Source: an uncultured bacterium (GTDB lineage Bacteria > Verrucomicrobiota > Kiritimatiellia > RFP12 > UBA1067). From it: a stretch of 64,000 bases of DNA. Shown one piece after another: positions 49,815 to 57,716 of this stretch. The notes beneath the pieces were generated by a model. That model saw only the letters and a list, made by a program, of their open reading frames with translations, had not been told where the DNA came from and did no database searches. The stretch lies in NCBI GenBank assembly GCA_902761035.1, contig CACWIW010000015.1:1586-65585 (forward strand). Reading direction: 5' to 3'. Within the stretch, counting starts at the first letter, position 1, and every line of letters begins with the position of its first letter. The position numbers and the translations under genes are program-made.

Positions 49815-52800
49815 ACATCAACGGCGGCCAGGTGACAGTCAGCGGCTGGTCCTACCTTGCCAACAGCGCCACTTCCGGCGGTGCCGTGCTCAACCTGAAC
49901 GGCGGCACGCTTGCAACCAGGCGCATAAACGTCGGCACGACGGCAGACTCGCTGATTCTCTTCAACGGCGGCACTCTGTACATCAATGGGCTTACGAACG
50001 ACGGCTTCACCCTTGGCACCTCCGGCGGTGCGACCCCTGAACACCTGACCATCGCCGTCGCTGAAAAGGGCGGTACGATCAAGACGACAAACAACGATGA
50101 CCGGGTCAAGGTCTGCGCTGGCGTCGTCAAGGCTGACGGCGTAGCGGCTGACGGAGGACTGAAGATTGTCGGCGGCGGCAAGCTGACCTTCACGGGTTCG
50201 CTCGCCTACACGGGCGGCACGACGGTCGAGATCGGCACGACGCTCGTCGTCCCCGACACGTCGCTTGGCGGCGGACTTGCCGCGTCGCTCCCCGCGACGC
50301 AGTTTGCCGTCGGCACGACGAACACTCTCGTGACGACGACGGGCGCAGGTACGTTTACTGCTTCCGACCTCCCGGACGTTTCGGCGTGCCCGTTCTACCG
50401 GGCGATGCTTTCCGACGACGCGAAGAGCATCCTGGTCGTGCGCGTCGCCCCGGCGATGTCCGTGACGGGCTTCGATCCCGTGACAGGCGAGATAACGCTT
50501 GGGTTCGAGAACATGGACGGTGCGCTTGATGTCGTTGTCGCATGGGATTCGAGCGACCACGGCGCGACTCTCGCAAGCTGGCCTTCCGGCAAGAGCGTCA
50601 TCCTCGGCACGGTTGCGGCAGGCGCGACGACTGGCACGTTCACGCTTCCTGCGGAAGTCCTTAATGTAGGCACGCACTACCGCCTCTTCCTCGGCGGCGG
50701 CGCGGACACCGTTTACGATCAAGAGGTCAGATGGATCCGTCCCACCGCCCTTGGAGCCTACATCAAGACGGACTACAAGCCGACGGCAGGTTCCACGATG
50801 TACGCGAGGATTAATCTCAACAGTCGGACGTATTCCGCCGAGCCGGACTTCTATCAGGCATCGGGGAACTACCGCATCGGCATAAGCACGGCCGGCACGA
50901 GCTTCCACGTGTATATGCCTGGCAACGGCAATGACACGTTCGGAACGTATTCGGCATCATCCGACTTGAAGATATCGATGCATTATGTGAAAGGCACCTC
51001 GAATGTATTCTTTGTCAACGGTGCCGGCAAGGCCAGCAATAATTTTAACTGGGGTGGCAGCAACTATAACGTGACCGACTCGTCCAACCCGCTCTACATC
51101 TTCTCGAACTACGGCGGCACAGACCGTTATTCCCGTCCGATACTCTACAGTATGTCGTGGACGAATTCGTCGAACAAGGTTGCGGCGGACTTCATTCCCG
51201 TGAAGAAGGGTAGCGAATACGGCCTGTACGACAAGGTCGCCAAGAAGCTTTACCGCAACGCAGGTACGCAGGCGTTTGAATGCACCGATTCGACGGTTGT
51301 CTCCCTTGGCCCCGTCACCTTCGCCGACGGGCAGATGACGGCATCGGACGCGCAGCAGTATCATGGCGCGACGGTTCTCGACACGGCGAACTGCTCGATA
51401 ACCCAAAGCGGCTCGACGGCGACCATCAACTGGTCTTTGACCCAGCCGGGAGGCGCGTCGGCGGAGATCGTGGCCGTGTACCAGACCGGAAGCTCGTATG
51501 TCACGAACGTCATCGCGAGCGGCGCGGTTGCCGGAGATACCGGCAGCTACACGCAGAACGACCTCTGGGCCACGGGCGCCTTCACGATCACCCTGTTCGC
51601 AAGAAGCGGACAATACGAATCCGAGAAGGTCGTGAAGAACTGCTCCGCGACCACCGTGGCGAGCGTGCCGTCCGCGCCGGCGCTTTCTGCCGACGAGACG
51701 CTGCACCAGATCGCGGCGAGCGGCACGGTCGCGCTGGGCAGCGGCACGACGGTTGCGTGGCTCGACTACGGCGCGACCACGTCCTACGGCAAGAAGATCG
51801 ACCTGACGCTCAACGAGGGCGCGTGGGCGGCGACGATCCCCTACGACGACGTGCTCTGGAATGCGGGCGTGGTCCATGTGCGCGTGACGGCGTCGAACGA
51901 AGTGACGGGCGTGTTCGGTTCTTCCAAGTGTCAGAACTCCGCGACGGCAAACACCACATTTGCCACGGCCGGGCGCACGGTCACGCAGGGCAAGCTTAAT
52001 TCAAAGACTGGCGAAGTGCCGCTCACCTTCGGCGGCGGCGCGATGGCGGCGCAGGTTCTCGTCGTCGCGTGGGGCGACCACGACTACGGCGACGACCTTG
52101 CGTCCTGGCCGAGCGCAAACCGCAAGGTGATCGACACGGTTGCGGCAGACGCGACGACCGGCACGTTTACGCTTCCTGCCGAAGCGCGGGCTCTCGGCAC
52201 GTACTACCGCTTCTTCCTCGGCGACAGCGCGATTGTGCCCTACGACGAGGAAGTCGCGTGGATCCAGCCCAACGGCGTAGGCGCCTGCATCACGACAAGC
52301 TTTAAGCCCACGCAACAGCCAACTTTCGAAACAAAGATAAACCTTACGGATAATGCTATCGAAAGTGGATGCGACTATGGCAGTGTGTTCGATGCCGGCA
52401 CGGCCTATGCGTATGGCGTATGGGCGTTCTGCAACGCCTCCGGTAAAATTGGCGCAAGGCGTTGCGGTTTCGCTTATTCCTCCAAGACATACTCGGGCGA
52501 TGTAACGTTGTATGGAATATGGAGCGTTATCAAAAGCTCGGCACCGAATGCGACGTTCATGGTGAACAGCGATGTGGTGTACGCGTCGGGTTTCAACAAC
52601 ACCATGAGCGGCAATCCTTCGGTCGTCCGCTTCTGGGCGGGATTCAAGGGAGAGGCAGACGACAAGCAGTTCGGTGCTTCCGCCTACCGTTTCATCTATT
52701 CAAAGTGGTGGAATTCTGGGAAGACCACGCTGGAGGCCGACTTCATTCCCGTAAAGAAAGGCAACGAATACGGCCTGTACGACAAGATCGGCAAGAAACT

Positions 52801-52945
52801 TTACCTGAACGCGGGAGCGGAAGGGACGTCATTCAAGGGCGGCGAGAAGGTCGGCTACTCGCCTGTCACGTTCACCACGGTGCAGACGGCGGCGTCGGGC
52901 TCGAATCGTGTGCTGAAGCGCGGATCGGTCATTGCGGTGTACTAA
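49811..52945 (+). pseudogene. Giant beta-helix surface protein A, C-terminal fragment (-1 frame relative to the N-terminal fragment)
   Basis: TTG 49811 overlaps TGA 49812-49814 (TTGA). From MNINGG onward the product is collinear with paralogue B residues encoded from 60199. It has no signal peptide of its own. It contains two copies of a beta-sandwich plus FIPVKKG.EYGLYDK module and the tail LKRGSVIAVY. Confidence 0.7.
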
Positions 52946-52960
52946 GCTGAGGCTGAGAAA

Positions 52961-55738
52961 ATGAAGACGTACGGTAAAATGCTTAAAATCGCAACCATCG
53001 CACTGGTTGCTGCGGCTGGTTCCGCGCTGGCGGAACCGGTTGACGCCGACGAAGCCAGGGCTGCTGTTGAAAACTGGCTTAAGTCCGGACGCGCCATGGG
53101 ATGCACGGGCATGGGGGATGTGTCCGACGTACAGGCGTACGACGGCAGGGAGGGCGTGGGCAAGTTCTACGTCATCTCGCTTAGGAACGGCGCGGGCGAG
53201 GCGGCGGGCTACGTCGTGACCTCCGCAGACCGCAAGCTGAATCCGGTGCTTGCCTACTCCGACGACGGCATATTTGGGGCGACTGACGAAAACCCGCTCT
53301 GGACGATGCTCACAATCGACGTGTCCGCCGTTACGAAGGGTCTGGCGGCAGAGGAGGCGGCGCAGCCGGCCGCGTCGTCCGGCAAGCGTCTTAGTGCGGC
53401 GGCGCCGACCGAAAACGAGAGGAAGTGGGCGGAGCTTCTGGGCGGCGCGTCGGCGGGCGGCTCCGGCACCCGCCTTCGCGGTAGTGCGTATTCAAGCATA
53501 TCCGACGTGCGTGTCACGCCGCTTCTCAGCACCAAGTGGGATCAGGACTACGACAAGCACTACAACGATACGTGGAACCTGATGACGCCGAGCAACTACG
53601 TATGCGGATGCGTGGCTACTGCGGCCGCCCAGATCATGAAATACTGGGCGTGGCCTGGCGCATCGACGAACATAACCGCCAAGACCGACTATACGGGAAA
53701 GGTGATCGTTGGCAGCGTCACAAATACCTGGAGGCTCTCCGACTTCACGACCGGCGCGAACAAGTACAGGCCCGCTTTCGGCGGCACCTACCAGTGGAGC
53801 GAAATGGCCGACGAATACAGCAATAGCAGCTCGGAAGCGTCCAGACTGGCCGTTGCCAAGCTCGTGCGCGACCTCGGCATGTCCGTACACATGTCCTACA
53901 AGTCCGGCGCCAGCAGCTCGATGAACCCGATCATGGCGGTGCGTTTCACCGACCAGTTCGCCTACGCCAACGCCATGTGCCGCTACCCGAACAACGAGAA
54001 CTGGGATGCGGAGAGGGACAACACGATTCGCGCGAACCTCGACGCCGGTCTTCCGCTTGGCGTGTCGGTTCCCGGACACGCAATCATCGCGGATGGCTAT
54101 GGCTACGAAAGCGGGACCCTTTACGTCCATTTCAACATGGGATGGGGCGGCTCCAAGAACTACTGGTACAATCCTCCCGACCTCACGGCCGCGGGTTACA
54201 CGGACTTCAACTCCATATCGTGCCTGATATTCAACGTCTATCCGCCGACGAAATGTGCCGAAGCCGGACGTTCGGTCGTGAGCGGTCGCATTTTCGATGA
54301 CTCAGGAAGACCGCTCGCCGGCGTCACGGTGGAGGCGCGGAAGGGAACGACGACATTCGCCACGACGACCTCGAACGACAAGGGCATCTACGCATTCCTG
54401 CTCCCGAAGGCGCAATACACTTTCCGCGCCGCGACAGACGAAGCCTACGCAACGACGAACATCACCGTCAAGGCCTGTACGTCTAACAGCATAAAGGCGG
54501 ACGAAACGGCTTTTTACGCCGGAGGCGACTCGACGGGCAACATCTACGGTGCGGATATTGTCGTAGACATCCCGGTTGTGCCGGTCGCCACGCCGGCGTT
54601 CTCGCCGAAATCTGGAACCAAGTTCTTCCGGGACGGGCAACTCGTCTCCATCACGTGCGGCACGAGCGGCGCGGAGATCCGTTATACGCTTGACGGTACG
54701 GAGCCAACGTCCGAAAGCGCTCTCTACAAGGGGGCCTTCAGCATTTCGTCGAGCGTGACAGTCAAGGCCCGGGCGTTCAAGATGGATTTCCCGGATAGCG
54801 AAATCGCCACGGCCACGTATGTGCGCAGTCCGATCGTCGGCGCGAACTTCGTACAGGACGCCGCCCCGGCGGCGGGGACGTCCCAGACCGTCAGCCTGCC
54901 CGTCGTCGGCGACTACTCCGTTTCGTTCTCGTACGCCGGCACGGCAGGACACTACGGCGAGAGCGTGGAGCTGCGCCTCGTCCGGGAAGGCGTCACGAAC
55001 GTCGTCGCGACGGTCGCGGCCTCCGGCGCGGGAACGTTCTCCACGAACCTCACGTGGATGGCGGACGCGGCGGGCGACTGGGAGCTTTACCTGTACGACG
55101 CCAACGGCTCATCGTCGGTCGCGCTCTCCGGCCTCAGCATCTCGATTCCCGCGACCGATGACAACCTGAAGCGCTACTGGGTCTATGAGACCCCGTTCAC
55201 GTTCGGCGCGACGGGCACGTGGGCGGAGGCCCCGGCGACGGCGGATGGACTTCTCAACCAAGATGGCGACAATGAGTTTACGCCGACGGCCTCTCCGGCG
55301 GGACGGACTGTCATCTACACGGCGCAGGTGAGCCTTGACGCGGGCGAGGACCTGCACGAGGATGCGAACGCGAAGGCGGCGGTGGGAATGCGTACCGTGA
55401 ACAATGCGCCCACGTTCGCGCTGCTCACGAAGTCCGCAGGCACGAACGCGTGGGTGGACGTCTCCGCCAATGGGCTTGGCGCGCCCCAGGCGAGTGTGGA
55501 ATACACCATCGTGTTCTACCTCGACTGCACGAGCCGCACCTACAAGGCGTCTGTTGTCGTGGACGGCAAGCCACGGACGCTGTTCGCCGCCGACGGGAGG
55601 AAACGCTTTGCGTTTGCCGGCACTGCCACGCCCGTTGCCGGCAAAGTGGAGTTCTCGGACTGCAAAGGCGCGACGAAACTCACCGGCGAGTATTCAGATG
55701 AAAGGATCAAGGATGGCGTAATCATTGTGGTCCATTGA
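52961..55738 (+). CDS. Secreted peptidase C10 (streptopain family) with CarboxypepD_reg-like and chitobiase/hexosaminidase-C-like (CHB_HEX_C_1) domains
   Basis: The signal peptide is MKTYGKMLKIATIALVAAAGSALA. The Cys context is NYVCGCVATAAAQIMKYW and the His context is PGHAIIADGYGY. Downstream come SGRIFDDSGRPLAGVTVEA..GIYAF and FSPKSGTKFFRDGQLVSITCGTSGAEIRYTLDGTEPT. The tail reads IKDGVIIVVH. Confidence 0.9.
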   Translation: MKTYGKMLKIATIALVAAAGSALAEPVDADEARAAVENWLKSGRAMGCTGMGDVSDVQAYDGREGVGKFYVISLRNGAGEAAGYVVTSADRKLNPVLAYSDDGIFGATDENPLWTMLTIDVSAVTKGLAAEEAAQPAASSGKRLSAAAPTENERKWAELLGGASAGGSGTRLRGSAYSSISDVRVTPLLSTKWDQDYDKHYNDTWNLMTPSNYVCGCVATAAAQIMKYWAWPGASTNITAKTDYTGKVIVGSVTNTWRLSDFTTGANKYRPAFGGTYQWSEMADEYSNSSSEASRLAVAKLVRDLGMSVHMSYKSGASSSMNPIMAVRFTDQFAYANAMCRYPNNENWDAERDNTIRANLDAGLPLGVSVPGHAIIADGYGYESGTLYVHFNMGWGGSKNYWYNPPDLTAAGYTDFNSISCLIFNVYPPTKCAEAGRSVVSGRIFDDSGRPLAGVTVEARKGTTTFATTTSNDKGIYAFLLPKAQYTFRAATDEAYATTNITVKACTSNSIKADETAFYAGGDSTGNIYGADIVVDIPVVPVATPAFSPKSGTKFFRDGQLVSITCGTSGAEIRYTLDGTEPTSESALYKGAFSISSSVTVKARAFKMDFPDSEIATATYVRSPIVGANFVQDAAPAAGTSQTVSLPVVGDYSVSFSYAGTAGHYGESVELRLVREGVTNVVATVAASGAGTFSTNLTWMADAAGDWELYLYDANGSSSVALSGLSISIPATDDNLKRYWVYETPFTFGATGTWAEAPATADGLLNQDGDNEFTPTASPAGRTVIYTAQVSLDAGEDLHEDANAKAAVGMRTVNNAPTFALLTKSAGTNAWVDVSANGLGAPQASVEYTIVFYLDCTSRTYKASVVVDGKPRTLFAADGRKRFAFAGTATPVAGKVEFSDCKGATKLTGEYSDERIKDGVIIVVH

Positions 55739-55792
55739 TATGCGGCAGCACACCCCTTTCGCAAAAATTACCACAGGTTCAGCACAAATTTA

Positions 55793-55801
55793 TGCTATAC
55801 T
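55793..55801 (+). promoter_or_regulatory. Extended -10 element
   Basis: TGcTATACT (55793-55801), 50 nt upstream of the TTG 55851 start. AGGAG at 55839-55843 serves as the Shine-Dalgarno sequence. Confidence 0.3.
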
Positions 55802-55850
55802 ATGCGCTGATAAGGAAAATTAGGTAAAGGTTTCACACAGGAGCACAGAG

Positions 55851-57629
55851 TTGGAGAAAAAACGCAAGATACCATACGGCGTCATCAACTGGGCCAAACT
55901 GGTCCGGGAATGCCTGTTTGTTGACAACACGGCCTACATCCGCAAGCTGGAGGATGTGGACACTCCCGTGTTCCTGCGTCCAAAGCGGTTTGGCAAGTCG
56001 ATCGTCTGTTCCATGCTCGCGCACTACTACGACGTCAACCTCAAGGATCGTTTCGACGAACTCTTCGGAAAGACCGACATCGGACGCAACCCGACGCCGC
56101 TCCGCAACTCGTTTCTCGTCCTCCAGTTCGACTTCTCGACCATACAGGTGGGGACTCTCGCGGAGATCGAGCGGAACTTCGTTGAACACGTCCGGGGACG
56201 TGTGGAGCGTTTTGCGACGCAATACGCCTCGTTAGCCGACTGGTCGAGGGCTTTGGAACCAGATGGCCCAGCAGCCATGATTGACAAGGTGCGTGACATC
56301 ATCAAGAACGCTGAGCTGCCCCCCCTCTACGTCATCATCGACGAGTACGACAACTTCACGAACGAGCTGGTGGTCTCGGGGCGCGACTTGGAGTACAACG
56401 CCGTCTGCGGGCACGATTCGAAGGGCGACGTGACGAGAGAATCGTTCTTCAAGGCGTTCTTCAAGTCGTTCAAGGCGGGCCTTGCGGACGGCACGGTTGG
56501 GCGCACGTACTTCACGGGCGTGTTGCCAATCACGCTCGACGATCTCTCCAGCGGCTTCAACGTTGGAACGGTCGTGAGTCTGGACAAGTCGCTGCTGGGG
56601 CTTGCTGGCTTCTCGAAGGCCCAGGTGAAGCGGTACGTCGACGAAGTCTTCGTCGAACATGGACTCGACCCCTCGATCAAGCCTGCTGTGCTGGCCGACC
56701 TCAAGGCGTTCTACGACGGCTACCGCTTCCTGCCGGACGCGGAGTCGTTGTACAACTCGACCATCTGCAACTGGTATCTGCGCAACCTCGTGAGTTCACG
56801 CAAACTGCCGACGGACGTCATAGATGCAAACGTCAGGACTGACATCGGCTGGTTCCGGCGGTTGGCGGGAAGCTCGGCGAACGCGCTTGCGAAAGTTCGC
56901 CAATATGTCGAAAGCGGCGAGGGGGAGAAGGTGTTCAGGGCGTCTCTTTCCTCCAAGTTCGGACGTGCGAAGTTCTTCACCGAGGAGTTCTTCCCCTACG
57001 CGATGTACTATCTCGGCCTTCTGACTTTTGAGAATCCGTTCAGGCTCAACATCCCGAACCTGACGATCAAGAACATGTTTGTCGATTACTACGACGAGCT
57101 TTCCGAGTTCACGAACGTCGATGAGGCGCGCACGGCGTTCAGCGACGCGGCCGAAGCGCTCGCCCTGGGAGATGGTTTGTGGAAAGCCCTCTTCGACGCC
57201 TACTGGCGGCACTACGTGAAGGCCCGCATCCCCGCGCAGGCATTCGACAAGATGAACGAGAACTTCTTCCGCACCACGTTCACCTCGCGCTGCATGGACG
57301 TTCTGCCGATGTTCTACTCCTTCGAGACGGAGTACAACTCGTCCGAGGGACGCTGCGACTTCCTCGCGATACCGAAGCCCGGCGTCGCCAAGCCCGCGCA
57401 GCTTGTCGAGTTCAAGTACTTCACGAACGCGGCGGCGGAGAAGGGGAACGCCCTCGGCCGCGCCGAACCGGACGCGGAGACGGTCGAGCAGGCGCTCGCC
57501 TACCGCAAGGCCCTCGCGCGGCGTCCCGACTGGAACCACCCGATCGCGGCGACGGTCGTCGAGGTCTGCGGCAACACGGGCTACAACTGGTTCGACTTGC
57601 CGGAGAGCAAACCCTTGCCTATAAGTTGA
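55851..57629 (+). CDS. Predicted AAA-ATPase (AAA-ATPase_like family) with C-terminal PD-(D/E)XK nuclease-fold domain (PDDEXK_9-like)
   Basis: The start is TTG 55851. Motifs: KIPYGVINWAKLVRECLFVDNTAYIRKL, Walker A-like RPKRFGKS, Walker B YVIIDEYDN, and the C-terminal GRCDFLAIPK...LVEFKY. Confidence 0.85.
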   Translation: MEKKRKIPYGVINWAKLVRECLFVDNTAYIRKLEDVDTPVFLRPKRFGKSIVCSMLAHYYDVNLKDRFDELFGKTDIGRNPTPLRNSFLVLQFDFSTIQVGTLAEIERNFVEHVRGRVERFATQYASLADWSRALEPDGPAAMIDKVRDIIKNAELPPLYVIIDEYDNFTNELVVSGRDLEYNAVCGHDSKGDVTRESFFKAFFKSFKAGLADGTVGRTYFTGVLPITLDDLSSGFNVGTVVSLDKSLLGLAGFSKAQVKRYVDEVFVEHGLDPSIKPAVLADLKAFYDGYRFLPDAESLYNSTICNWYLRNLVSSRKLPTDVIDANVRTDIGWFRRLAGSSANALAKVRQYVESGEGEKVFRASLSSKFGRAKFFTEEFFPYAMYYLGLLTFENPFRLNIPNLTIKNMFVDYYDELSEFTNVDEARTAFSDAAEALALGDGLWKALFDAYWRHYVKARIPAQAFDKMNENFFRTTFTSRCMDVLPMFYSFETEYNSSEGRCDFLAIPKPGVAKPAQLVEFKYFTNAAAEKGNALGRAEPDAETVEQALAYRKALARRPDWNHPIAATVVEVCGNTGYNWFDLPESKPLPIS

Positions 57630-57655
57630 AAGGTTGAAAAGTTGAAGGTTGAAAG
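57625..57655 (+). repeat. Tandem octamer GTTGAAAG x4 (GTTGAAAG GTTGAAAA GTTGAAG GTTGAAAG)
   Basis: Read directly from the sequence. The first unit contains the ATPase stop codon (TGA 57627-57629). Each unit contains a -35-like TTGAA(A/G). The repeat lies 62 nt upstream of ATG 57717. Confidence 0.85.
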
Positions 57656-57716
57656 GTTTCTCTACTTATCCTCATTTACATTCAAAAAAAGAGCAAACAC
57701 AAAAAGGAACAAAACC

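Noticed and set aside
49806-49816. Programmed -1 ribosomal frameshifting at the giant A junction.
   Set aside because: There is no X-XXY-YYZ slippery heptamer (the sequence is GTC GGT TGA) and no obvious downstream pseudoknot. Comparison with paralogue B explains the junction as an 88-nt deletion.
48069-50908. Very long antisense ORFs opposite the giant genes and other GC-rich genes (48069-49670, 49235-50908, 58647-61118, 61458-63263, 44203-45300, 11836-12777, 14503-15471, 17899-18924, 53492-54130).
   Set aside because: This is a typical GC-rich antisense artefact. The products are Arg/Ala/Gly/Pro-rich with no recognisable motif, signal or RBS. Each fully overlaps a sense gene with strong domain evidence.
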